Positions 13,569-26,675 of a stretch of DNA of 64,000 nt are shown one piece after another. The position numbers were made by a program, and so were the translations under genes. Numbering within the stretch: position 1 is the first letter of the stretch; every line of letters begins with the position of its first letter. The notes under the pieces are model-generated. The model ran no database searches. It saw only the letters and a list, made by a program, of their open reading frames with translations, and was not told the DNA's origin. This DNA is from Eledone cirrhosa (lineage: Eukaryota): positions 61,876,001 through 61,940,000 of the forward strand of contig OZ024745.1 in the NCBI GenBank assembly GCA_964016885.1, given 5' to 3'.

Positions 13569-14583
13569 CACTTGATTAATTTTCTGCAGTTCAAATAAAA
13601 ACACTCAATCTGATATTTTTTTAAAGTATTCAGCTTCTGCATATAATATTGAGATCTCTAGGTGGTATGATGTTATCTTGTTCGACATTGTAATATATTA
13701 TTAAGTCAATTTTTACCTTGGTAGATAAAGGTATCAGCGCACAGCAGCTCGATGGTGTGTGTGTATGTGTGTATGTGTGTATGTGTATATATGTGTGTGT
13801 GTGAGTATGATGTATGTGCGAGCGTCAGAGTGTGTGTGAGAGTCTGTGTATGTGTCTTCTTTGAGGTTAATTTAAATTGAACTACTATTGTTTTCACTGA
13901 AATCTCACCTGCACTTCGAAAAAATGGTTCCGAAAGAACCATGACTTGCAAAAGTTTGTCGTTAGGTATACATTTCAAGATAAATCTAGTATCTATTTCC
14001 GACCGCTTAGAAGAAACTAATGGGATGTAGATTCCAACCAAGTAATACGGCAAAATGTCTCCAGTGTATTTGAAATGATGAACTAGGCGTAAGTAACCCA
14101 ATGACATATTCATTCAGCATTCTCACCTCAGGGCAGTTGCAACGATTGCGTTGAAAGGAAAAGAGTTGTCTTGGGATATTGTATTTGAAATGCATATCAA
14201 GAAAAATAATTTGTAGATAAAATATGAATAGTGGGAATGTATATAATAGTTTCCAAGACGTCCACAGTTTTCATTAATATAGATCATGTTTTTTTAATGC
14301 AAAATGGCGAAATGACAGATGCAATGATATATAAGACGAGACGAATTTCACAGACGACAAAGTGTTTCATTATTATTCATTAATTTTGGGTGGGGGCAGA
14401 GTTTTGTCAAAATGTCAGAAATCTATCCAATGCAAATAACGTATTTTAGTTAGTTGAAACGAATACAAATATGACATTTATAATGCTTAAATAATATGGA
14501 TAACATGAAAAATGTATATATATATGCATACAAATAAAATACAGAGTTACATATAAATACGTACGCACATACATACATACATA

Positions 14584-14618
<35 letters not shown>

Positions 14619-14726
14619 AATGCGTATTTATAGATGCACGTGTATCTATGTATGAGTGTATATAAATATAGTTATATATAAATATATAAACAAATATATA
14701 TTTATATATAGATAATACACACACGC

Positions 14727-14785
<59 letters not shown>

Positions 14786-14959
14786 CATATAAAAGTTATT
14801 GAGTATATCTAATCAGATGGAGTATCAATATTAAGTAAGAAGTAGAGAGACAGTTTTATATATAGCTATAATGTGAGAGGCTCATTCACTGTAAAGAGCA
14901 TCCCTGTAGAAGGTTGAGAAATATGGAGATCTGTAGCGGAAATAAATGACGATTTAACC

Positions 14960-16260
14960 ATTCTAGTTGTATGGTTAAAACACTACAGCATGGCTACTAT
15001 CAGCATACCCAACAAAAAGCATTACCAAATAGAAGGTATAATACTGGAAACAGATCCGCAGAAAATGTCAAACAAGAAATTCCCAGGCCCAGACTTCATA
15101 ACAGGTTACTGGCTTACGAATGTCCCCTTGTTTCGGCGATATTTCGTACTGTTGTATGGAGAAGTTATCAAGGGCACACTAGAACTACTTCAATGGCTAT
15201 TAACTGCTTTTACTCTTCTCATCCACAAACATGCCAGACCATCTTTGTTAAAGATTATTGCCCAACAGAGTACCATTTACCAACAGAATACCATGTTCAA
15301 ATTATACACCGAGTGCCTCAATCTGTTCTGGCAGTATCATTGTGCCATCAGCATTATAAAACTTGATTCAGTTGAGGTGTGGGGATGAATAAAGCAGTCA
15401 CTAATTAACGACAAAACAGTGAAGAATCGCTGAAATGTGTGACTGGAATACCAGACGAATTTTGATAGTATACTATATGGGTGGATTATCAAGACTTTAC
15501 AGTTAACCAAAATCTCACAACCACTAGTAGCTGCTATCCAACGCCTGGCCAAGACTAGGTACACCTCTTTGTTCTGTAGGGTTGTTAAGGGGCATTCACT
15601 ATCAAAACTGCATCTTGCAGGATAACAGCTTGTCAATTTTGTTATTTGTCCTCTCGTTTGACTCATCGTTACTTGACCACAAAACATAGTGATTATGGAA
15701 ATGGATTCAGAAGTATCTCTCATCTTTTCATCGATGTCATGAAGTTGTATGGGCTTAATAACAACCACATAAAAAAATAAATGGACCCTATTACCCATTT
15801 TTATAGACAATGGAAAGCAGTGAAACGAAATAAAACGTGGAAACACTGTGCCCCCCCCCCTCCTCTGAAAATACAAAAATGCACGACTCGACGATAGAAC
15901 CTCTACAGTATCCTCTAGGTATCTTGTGCTGGATAAGTATGTCAGATTTGATGGATAGTCCCACAAAGAAGGAGAGGACCAAGAATAAACACCCCTGGAG
16001 AACAACATCTTTAACTGATGAAAACGGTCAACAGCCAGGTTTCATGAATATGAAAATAACATTAAACCATACTAAAAGCCTGGCATGAAGTTCCAAGAAA
16101 TTCATAATAACTCACCTTAAAGGATACCAGCATGCAATCTCGTATAAGAAATCACCACCAATTATCTATACGACAATAAATGAAGATGTCAGTTGACAAT
16201 AGGTGAAGGGCTGCGTCAGTTTTAAAGTGCCAAAGACGTATGTCACTATGGCGTTACTAC
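14960..16260 (+). pseudogene. Highly degenerate R4/NeSL-like non-LTR retrotransposon RT
   Basis: ORF 14990-15388 MSNKKFPGPDFITGYWL...QWLLTAFTLLIHK...NTMFKLYT matches the NWKAPGPD..GFWLK..PEWLT.G.T.LIPK..T.YKL.T pattern. Downstream remnants resemble the KLYG and GGRGL motifs. Confidence 0.7.
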
Positions 16261-17119
16261 ACATCCACCAGAGCTATGAGTCAACACCATCATATATATC
16301 TCCATAGAAAGCCTTTAATTAACATTTGTCGTTCTATTTTACTTGAGATGTTCACTATTATAAATTTAAATAAGAAAATACACCTTATTAAAACCATAAA
16401 TAATTGTCGCTTGGATAAAACTCCTATAAGCGATACATTTTTATTCCCACCTTTCCTTCCATTCACACAGCATAACAAGCTTATAATTTGGTTATATTTC
16501 GCAATATTTGACACTTTTCAATGACTATCAAGAAATTAATTAGCCATCGAATTAGATTTATGGAACAATTGATTAAAAATTTGTACCGAAAATATATTGC
16601 CTTTAATTTCTTCTGGCGATAACAATTCCGTTAAACACAAGTTGGTAGAATTTAAGCGTAAAATTTGTCTAGTCATCTGGAAATATTATTGTCCATTCTC
16701 ATTTATCAAACATACTAACACCTCCAGAATCCAAACAACGTGTTATACGAACCTAAAATATATTCTAACACATACTGAATCATTGATTGCCTTTCATTAA
16801 CATTAAGAAAGAACATTGTCGTTATTGTTTAATGCACATATACCTGCGGTACTTTTATCAGAAAATTTCCATATCAAATTAGAAGAATTTTCCCAATATT
16901 TTAATAATAATTATTTTAGTATTTTCAACTTTCATATATAATATATTACAAATTTACTTTAAAAATCACAGCATATACATCCAGATATATGTCGCATTAT
17001 ATTTAAAATAAATCCATATCATATAGTGAATTAATATAAAAATACATTGGATGATAGTAGCACATGACGAATATATATATATATATATTTTCGTACAAGC
17101 TATGTATATATATATATAT

Positions 17120-17223
<104 letters not shown>

Positions 17224-17377
17224 TAATTAAAATAACAGGGTAAAGCTTAAGTAAAGAATCTGTTATTTTAATCTGTTATTTTAATAAATATTTGCTCTAC
17301 GGTTCTTATATATCTGATATATATTTATCCTTATCGAGCCCTCTTTGGATTTTAGTCTTCAAATTAATTATTATTAC

Positions 17378-17428
<51 letters not shown>

Positions 17429-17429
17429 C

Positions 17430-17460
<31 letters not shown>

Positions 17461-18187
17461 TAACATATATATATTCGTCCAAGCTATGTGTATATACATA
17501 TATTTATATATATTTATATATATATATTCGTACAAGCTATGTATATATATATATATATATACAATGTGCGAACTGGAGTATGGAAGTGACATTTATTTCT
17601 TAAATACTACGATCTTATACCTGTTCGAGTTAAAATGAACTTAGATACATAACTATATTTATGGTACGATGCCAGAATGAGAAAATAGAAAGTAAAGGAG
17701 GAGGAGGGGGGGGGGGGAAGGGAAGAAAATAAAATAATAATAGTAATAATAATAATAATAATAATTAATAATAATAAGGAGAAGAAGAAGAGTTACGCCA
17801 ACTAGAAATTAGAAATGAGATATGTGAAAACAATGTATATGACTCTGGTCTTATACTATTATGTATGTATCTGTATGCGAATGTTTCAATCCTGGATTGC
17901 TATAAGCAGCGTTAAGATGGATGGAAAAGAAAGAAACTTATAAAGAGAATATATTAAATAAGTATAAATTGCCTAACAAGAAAGGTACACGGTGTTGACA
18001 AAAGAAATCCTATCCATCAGATTAATACACTAAGCCTGTCTCCATGAAGATGTCTAGGTGACTGCCAAAAATAATAAAAAAACTAGTATAGATGGATATT
18101 ATATATGTACTTATTTTATTTTTCTCTACTGCATTATATATTACACATTCTTCTTTCAATCAATTATATATATATATATGTGTGTGT

Positions 18188-18266
<79 letters not shown>

Positions 18267-18332
18267 CATATATCTATCTATCTTTCAATCTAAATATCTT
18301 TCCATTTTGTGTATGTTCCTGTACCTATTTGT

Positions 18333-18383
<51 letters not shown>

Positions 18384-18384
18384 C

Positions 18385-18434
<50 letters not shown>

Positions 18435-18753
18435 TTACACATATAACATTGTTTCTTTCCTTCCAGAGTGATTACATTCATTTGAAGTCATTCTGTTTGT
18501 CGTGTTTTTTTTCGTGTCTTTATTTATATTATTTCACGTCATTATGTTTATTCTTTTGCCGTCACATATATTTTCAGATTTCTTTCTCTCTTATTTTGTG
18601 GGACATCCATTCTTTTCTTAATATTTTATATATTTAATGCAACATTTGTACTTTATCACTTTTTCATTTTATACTTTAGAAGCAAATATTCATGCTTGCT
18701 ACTTTTCTTTTTCCTTACATATATCGTTTAACTCTCTCTAAATAAAAACACTA

Positions 18754-18796
<43 letters not shown>

Positions 18797-18824
18797 CACA
18801 CTTATATATATATATATAACAACA

Positions 18825-18878
<54 letters not shown>

Positions 18879-19772
18879 GTTTTTCCATTAGGTTTGAAGA
18901 AGGAACTTTACTTAAAAGCTGTTTTTCATCATCATCTACATTGATAGCATTTTCACTATCACGACCACCACCGAAAAAATATTACCACCATTATCATCAT
19001 TGTCGTCCTCATCATTGTAAATGAATAATAGACGTATAAATGAGAAAATGCCAAATCAGCGTTGCACATTTTGTATGTATAACAATCGGATTACAACTAC
19101 TGTACAAATCAGACGCGTAGGTAGGGCTATTATAATTTATGCTATTCCAAATGTATAGAGATATGTGATTAAACACGTAGAAGAATATAAAAGGCGGGCA
19201 TCATGATACAGATTGATAGGAAATATAATAGGCTGAGATATATTACATACAAGCTCCACCTGCATTGAGTAGGTGGTGAACTGTGAAATTATCAGGAAAA
19301 AATTGTGAATGGAGTTTAATACAAAATATAAGAAGACTAAAGAAAGAATATGGAATAGGGTGGAGTTGTATTTTCTCAAATACTAGTAAACTATAGGTGC
19401 AGAAAAGACGTACAAAGAAGAAAGCAACGAGTAATTCTATGGAAATAGAAACAATAAAATATACAAGAATGATGGACGCATATAATGAAGTATATGACAA
19501 GATGAGAAATATGAGAAGTGAAAATAGAACATATGAAGAATCAAATAGATAGAAAGCATTAGGAAGAAAATGCCTATTTGTTGGTTTTGTAGAAGTGTGA
19601 AAGGTAGATATAATAACAAGATAATAAAGAGAACTATTGATGAGGGGCATTTGAAATTATAAGTTGCAAAGAAAATGATGTATAAGGGTTAAGTGTAAGA
19701 ATCCAAGTATATAACTTGCACACGGGATCGGAAGACGCTAGACCTGCTCCTAAAATAAATACCCAAGAGGCC

Positions 19773-19819
<47 letters not shown>

Positions 19820-19842
19820 CATATACATATATATATACATAT

Positions 19843-19874
<32 letters not shown>

Positions 19875-21098
19875 GTTCTTAGAATAAGAGAGGTGTGAAG
19901 GGAAAGGTTAGGTAGATAGATAAATTAGAAAGAAAATAGGGGAAAAGGGTTTGAGAAAGATGGAATTTCAAGGTAATCAGAGTTGTTGCAGAACTACCAT
20001 TCTCCAATCTATAGAAAGCGTGAACAGGAAAAATATAAGAGATAAAGCAGAGAGAAAATATGAAATAATGGTAAGAGAAGAGAAGATGAGAATGAGGATA
20101 ACAAATGAGAGTGGAGAAAATCACAGGAAGACTGGAGATAGTATGAAACATTATCCATGAAATGGGATAGATGCACACAGAAAAATCAATGTAACTAGGA
20201 GTGAGAAAACCGAATGAAGTAGATGTAATATAAAAATGAATGAAAGAAAAGAAGAATGACATAAAGAAACATTAAGAAATTATATCTTTATTTATGACTG
20301 GATAGTTTCCACCAAATGGTGTCAGGTCTTCTGATTACTTGTATGTCCTTAACAGATAGGTCCTTAACATCATACACGTGACTGCTGATAATTTGTCATT
20401 GGCAATCAGCTTGACACTTCGTGCAGTATGAATGGTATGGATCTATGAGAGAAAACATTGATAAGATATAATGAAACACGATTAGTGTCCTGTTGCTTGC
20501 GTTGAAAACGTTGATAAATACTTTCGTTTTAATTTTTCTTTGTTGATAATCTTGGTAGTTTTGTTGCAGTTGTTATTTAGTTTGCTAAAGCTTTCATTTC
20601 GTTGTAGTTTTGCATGTTATGCTTGGAGTTAGTATTGCTGTTTTCTTGGTGAGCTTCATTAAACAACTGACATTACGGCGTTCACTTCGATTTCATCTTC
20701 GTTTCGTTATCAATATTATAAAAGCTATACCATGTGTCCCTTTTGTAACGATTTCCCTTTTCCTCTCAAGTTAAAGGAATGTAGAAAGACTGACTGGTTT
20801 GAGGGAGGCGGGATGGAGAATATGTGCTGTATATAAAAGGAATTCGATTATATAGATAAATATGGATTGATAGAATCGAAGGTAAAATATGTATATCCAC
20901 AGGTCAGCAGCATAACGACTGTCGAGAGAATGTAATATGGTGATGTATGGAAAAAAGACAGAGAAACATAGAAATAGCGTAAGAAAGAGAGAAGTGCCCG
21001 AAAGAGGGAAGACTGAATGCTACAATATAGAGGAGAAACCGCCTATGGTATCAAAGTGTATGTGACTTTTCGTGTATGTATATATGTATACACCCGCC

Positions 21099-21181
<83 letters not shown>

Positions 21182-21189
21182 TATATATA

Positions 21190-21678
21190 TTGTTATACTT
21201 GGGGAGGGTCATATTTGTGTAATATTGCCAGAATTAATAACAGAACACACTCACTGTTTGGTTGGTTTTCGCTTTTCGCTTCTGTGTCTTTTATATCGGT
21301 TAATTTAATTTATTCGGTCCTCAATGTTGCCATTGACTGACCAACGGTCAAAAATACAGATACAATATAGACACAAACACATATATATAGTCTATCAAAG
21401 TTCTTTCGTTGCACATCTGCAACATCGTCAGTGGTGCTATTGTTTCCTCCCGTTGCATCGTATGTCTACGCCATTTTTATTTAGTCTGTTTATATATTTA
21501 TTTATTTGTTTTTTTTGTCTTCTTTGCGCATGCGTTTGCGTGTGTGTATAGTGTTTTCTTTGATGTGTGTTCGTGTTTGGGTGACTGTGTATTGGTTATT
21601 GTATTCTATCTTTACTAGTGTGTGTTTATATGTGTTTGTTGTTATTGTGATTGTGTATGTATATATTTATTTATCTAT

Positions 21679-21709
<31 letters not shown>

Positions 21710-22450
21710 GTACTATACGAACATGCCAGTCAACAACACGACGGTAACATAGACAACATAGAAATTAGAATAATATTTAAACATAGAAATGACCCAGCAG
21801 ATAGGCAAATCAGAGAGGCCAGTGAACTAGAACTTAGAAGGCGAAGGCTAAACAGAAAAAATGAATGGAATAACAACAACACCCAAACAAACAACACTGA
21901 CCTAAGAGAAGTATAAATAAATAAATAAATAAATAGATAAATAAATAAATACACACACAAGCACAATAACGACAAACACATATAAACACACACTAGTAAA
22001 GATAGAATACATTAACCAATACACAGTCACCCAAACACGAACACACATCAAACAAAACACTATACACAGACGCAAACGCATGCGCAAAGAAGACAAAAAA
22101 AAATAAAATAAATATATAAACAGACTAAATAAAGATGGCGTAGACATACGATGCAACGGGAGGAAACAATAGCACCACTGACGATGTTGCAGATGTGCAA
22201 CGAAAGAACTTTGATAGACTATATATATGTGTTTGTGTCTATATTGTATCTGTATTTTTGACCGTTGGTCAGTCAATGGCAACATTGAGGACCGAATAAA
22301 TTAAATTAACCGATATAAAAGACACAGAAGCGAAAACCAACCAAACAGTGAGTGTGTTCTGTTATTAATTCTGGCAATATTACACAAATATGACCTTTCC
22401 CAAGTATAACAATATTTGTTTCGACACACGATTTCATATATAAAACCTCG

Positions 22451-22453
<3 letters not shown>
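21190..22453 (+). mobile_element. 5'-truncated PLE (GIY-YIG C-terminus + pseudo-LTR) with an inverted pLTR copy at the 5' end; ~520 bp arms, inserted in (TA)n
   Basis: Arms 21190-21710 and 21909-22412. The spacer encodes VLYEHASQQHDGNIDNIEIRIIFKHRNDPADRQIREASELE...LNRKNEWN. Only the right arm has a ~40 bp 3' tail. Confidence 0.88.
22174..22215 (+). ncRNA. Minimal type I hammerhead ribozyme (mirror copy 21394-21435, - strand)
   Basis: acca-CTGACGA-t-gttgca-gatg-tgcaac-GAAA-gaac-TT-tgat; helix I has one mismatch. Confidence 0.75.
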
Positions 22454-22538
<85 letters not shown>

Positions 22539-22549
22539 TATATATATAA

Positions 22550-22867
22550 GTTTAAACCGGGTTCAATCGGGGGTAACCACAGTAAGTAAGGTACTCAATA
22601 CAAAGCAGAGTATAAGAGAAAAGGCTTCTACAGGACTAGAACTGTTTCATTTGAGAGAAATCATCAGGTAGCCGACTGTCCAAGTAATATGGTGGTATTT
22701 ATATCGAGATCGAGTTTGGTCTGCATGGTTTCTTGGTGATGGTTAAAAGGGGCACAGTGAGTGCTAAAACATAAATTTATCCCGGGTTCGATCGGGAGTA
22801 ACCACAGTAGGTAAGGTATTTAATACAAAGCAGAGTATAAATATTTAATATAGAAAAGGCTTCTACA
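22550..22867 (-). mobile_element. Retrozyme-like non-coding element: 235-nt unit plus ~78-nt terminal redundancy, 3' end in (TA)n
   Basis: Direct repeats at 22558-22632 and 22782-22867 (ggcttc at 22623 and 22858). The upstream repeat begins at the predicted HHR cleavage point. Confidence 0.7.
22623..22673 (-). ncRNA. Type I hammerhead ribozyme
   Basis: ggctac-CTGATGA-tttc-tctc-aaat-GAA-acag-ttctagtc-ctgt-A-gaagcc; GUA cleavage triplet, weak helix II. Confidence 0.75.
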
Positions 22868-22965
22868 TTATTGTGATTAATCTTTGTAGCTATATAGTGT
22901 CACGGAATGTTGCTAATCATGCAGCAATCCTTATAACACTGAATAGTAGCAGAGAATAATCTCAG

Positions 22966-22995
<30 letters not shown>

Positions 22996-23000
<5 letters not shown>

Positions 23001-23181
23001 AACAAGTAAGACCCCAACGGCTGAGCTCAAGCCGTTTCGACGGCTAATCCAAATTAGCCGTCGAAACGGCTTGAGCTCAGCCGTCGGGGTCTTACTTGTT
23101 CCTATTGCCCACTCTACTACCATAAGTATTGAGTACTCTGGTGCGTTATGGTCCACCTGGTTCCTTACCACATTTCCTTCG

Positions 23182-23184
<3 letters not shown>
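22996..23184 (+). mobile_element. Short fold-back element (53 bp arms, 4-nt loop) containing the 3' half of a hammerhead, in (TA)n
   Basis: Palindrome 22996-23105 with one mismatch: gacggctaat-ccaa-attagccgtc-GAA-acggct-tgagctc-agccgt-C-gggg. The same 3' end occurs at 31021-31108 (-). Confidence 0.85.
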
Positions 23185-23267
<83 letters not shown>

Positions 23268-23764
23268 ATATATGTATATATATATATATATATAATTGTT
23301 TCTACTTATAATGAGTAGAAGTGATGTAAAATGACATCTCGATACAAGAAGCAAGGCTCGAAGTAAAACGAGTTAGAATACCTGAAAAAGGAAAGATGAA
23401 ATAGAATAAGGAGTTCGAGCCAAATCTAAAGCAAAAAGATTAAGAATTACTGAAAGGAAAGGAAAGCAATCTTATGATCTTTGACGCTTTCCTTCTATGC
23501 TGGTAAAAATGTAACAGGACATATCCATATGCCAAGTGATATCTCAGTAGAAATATAAAAGTCGGACCCTTTTTTTTCATACATTAATCTTAATCTTTTA
23601 TACACTCATGTTGCTATTCATTCCAATTTTTGCATCAACACACTCACACGCATATATACATACATACATAAGCATATGCGTTTCTGTGTGTGTGTGTGTG
23701 TGTTTGTGTTTGTATGTATGCCTGTGTGTGTGTATATGTGTCTGTGTGTGTGTACGTGTAGCGC

Positions 23765-24640
23765 TGTAGTATCCTTGCTCTCATTCGCTCCTTCTCTCCT
23801 TTATCTAGTTTCTCCCTGCACTCCTCTTCTTGCTCTCCTTGATCTCCTTCTCTCCTTGCTCTTCTGCTCCACTTGCTCTCTTTCTCTCCTTGCCCATTTA
23901 CCCGCCTTATCCTCCTTCTCTCTTTGCTCTATTTGCTCTCTTTGCTCTTTTCTCTCTTCTATCCTTGCTTTTCTTGCTCTCCATATTCTTCTTCTCTCCT
24001 TGCTTTTCTTGCTCTCCTTGTTTTTCTTTTCTTCTTGCTCTTCTTGCCCTTCTTTTCTCCTTGCTCTTCTTGCTCTTCTTTTTTCCTTACTCTCCTTTTC
24101 TCCCATCTCTCATTGCTCTCCTTGCTCTCCTCCTCTCCTTGCTCGCCTTCTCTCCTTGCTCTTCTTGCTCGCCTTCTCTCCTTGCTCTTCTTGCTCGCCT
24201 TCTTTACTTGCTCTCCTTGATCTCCTTTTCTCCATGCTCTCCTTCTCTCCTTGCTCTTATTCTCTCCTTTCTCTGTTTATTCTCTTGCTCTCCGTTCCTT
24301 GCTCTTCTTCCATCCTTGCCCTCTTCTATCTTTGATCTCATTTTCTCATTGCTCTGCTTCTCCTCTCATTTCACTCCATACTCTTTTCTCTCCTATCCCC
24401 TTCTCTCCTTGCTCTCCTGGTACTCCTTGTCTCCTTGCTCTCCTGACACTCCTTGCTCTCCTTGTACTCTTTCTCAACTGCTCTCCTTCTCGCTTTGCTT
24501 TGCTTGCTCTTCTTCTCCTCTTGCTCTCCTTTCCCCCTTTGCTCTCCTGCTTTCCTTGCTCTCTAGGCTCTCCCCTGGCTCTCCTTGCTCTCCTTGCTTT
24601 CCTTCCCTTCTTGCTCTGCTCTCCTTCTTTCCTTGCAGAT
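23765..24640. repeat. Pyrimidine-rich degenerate minisatellite (core ctccttgct / ctcttgct)
   Basis: About 870 bp of reiterated CTCCTTGCT(CTT) variants; the overlapping ORFs are low-complexity artefacts. Confidence 0.9.
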
Positions 24641-24766
24641 ATGTAGAACACATAAATATGTGGATGAAAATACATCCTATTCCTTAAACACATATTTCTA
24701 CAAGGAGAAACGGAAAACTGCAAGTGAAATGCGGTAATAGGAAAAAACCATTGCTCAGATAGAGAC

Positions 24767-24838
<72 letters not shown>

Positions 24839-24844
<6 letters not shown>

Positions 24845-26024
24845 ATACTTTGGGAGGGTCATGTTGCCAATAAGAAACACACGCACTAGTTGCTTTCACT
24901 TCAATTTATTATATATTTATAAATTTATAAATTTACAAATCTACAAACTTATAAATTTCTGGTTGGTTGGTTGGTTCCACAACCAGATAGTTGTTTATAT
25001 ATAGTCATAGTCCTTTCGTCACACACTCTGTGACCTCTTCAGTGACTGGGGATTCCTTTCTTTGTTTCTGTGCCTTTCCTTTCTTCTGTCCTACGCCATT
25101 TTGTTTCTGTGTGTGTGTTGTGTGCTCAGTTTGCGCATGCGCCACATCCGGGTGTCTGTGTGTGTTTGTATTCATTTATCTATTTATTTATTTATTTATT
25201 TATTTATTTACATGTTGTTGGTTGGTTGTTTGTTCTATGTGTGTGTGTGTTTTCATTTTGTCCTTAATTGTAAATTGTGATGTTGCTGTTCCACTCATAT
25301 TTTCTATTTAATTTTGGTTGTAATTCTTTTATGCTTACTGCCTCTGTAATTTGCCTAAACATTTGCCTAAACATGCTAAGATAGAACACAAGGGTAAATT
25401 AGAGAACATAGAAATAAAAATAGAATCCACACACAGAAAAGATGCAATGTTTAGGCAAATTACAGAGGTAGTAAGCATAAAAGAATAACAACCAAAATTA
25501 AATAGAAAATATGAGTGGAACAGCAACATCACAACTTACAATTAAGGACAAAATGAAAACACACACACACATAGAACAAACAACCAACCAACAACATGTA
25601 AATAAATAAATAAATAAATAAACAAATAGATAAATGAACACAAGCACACACAGACACCCGGATGTAGCGCATGCGCAAACTGAGCACACAACACACACAC
25701 AGAAACAAAATGGCGTAGGACAGAAGAAAGGAAAGGCACAGAAACAAAGAAAGGAATCCCCAGTCACTGAAGAGGTCACAGAGTGTGTGACGAAAGGACT
25801 ATGACTATATATAAACAACTATCTGGTTGTGGAACCAACCAACCAACCAGAAATTTATAAGTTTGTAGATTTGTAAATTTATAAATTTATAAATATATAA
25901 TAAATTGAAGTGAAAGCAACTGGTGCGTGTGTTTCTTATTGGCAACATGACCCTCCCAAAGTATAACAATATCGGTTTCAACACATGATTTCAGATAAAG
26001 AATCTTGCTAAACAAATTCAGAAA

Positions 26025-26028
<4 letters not shown>
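24839..26028 (+). mobile_element. Family A PLE: GIY-YIG C-terminus + pLTR with a ~525 bp inverted copy, in (TA)n
   Basis: Arms 24839-~25363 and 25447-25971. It codes KHAKIEHKGKLENIEIKIESTHRKDAMFRQITE(A/V)VSIKE(L/*)QPKLNRKYEWNSN. There is a 12-bp duplication (atttgcctaaac) at the fold and a ~55 bp tail on the right arm only. Confidence 0.9.
25762..25806 (+). ncRNA. Minimal type I hammerhead ribozyme (mirror copy 25003-25047, - strand)
   Basis: agtca-CTGAAGA-g-gtcaca-gagtg-tgtgac-GAAA-ggac-TA-tgact; perfect 5-bp helix I and 6-bp helix II. Confidence 0.88.
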
Positions 26029-26089
<61 letters not shown>

Positions 26090-26283
26090 CACACACACAT
26101 ATACACACATATAATAGATACATGTATATATATATACATATACAAACATACATACATATAATAGAGACACACACACGCACACATATATATATATATGCAT
26201 ATATATGTATGTATATATATATATATAAATATGTATGTATATATATATATATGTATGTATATATATATGTATATATATGTATG

Positions 26284-26318
<35 letters not shown>

Positions 26319-26360
26319 ATATATATGTATATGTATACACATATATGTATATGTATAGAC

Positions 26361-26427
<67 letters not shown>

Positions 26428-26627
26428 CATATACATATGTATATACATATTACTTATATATACATATATATATATATACATATTACTTATATATATATAT
26501 GTATATACATATGTATATACTTATTACTTATATATATACATATTACATATGTATATACATATTACTTATATACATATATATATATATATATACATATTAC
26601 TTATTATCAGGTAACATGAATAGAGAC

Positions 26628-26669
<42 letters not shown>

Positions 26670-26675
<6 letters not shown>

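Noticed and set aside
13706-14195. Minus-strand ORFs with donor-like gcag|gtgaga
   Set aside because: No recognisable domain and no convincing acceptor.
25960-26005. Antisense CTGAAA...GAAAC...GTT in the family A tail as a second-polarity ribozyme
   Set aside because: Lacks the G8/A9 core and helix II; the relative at 22400-22445 also lacks CUGA.
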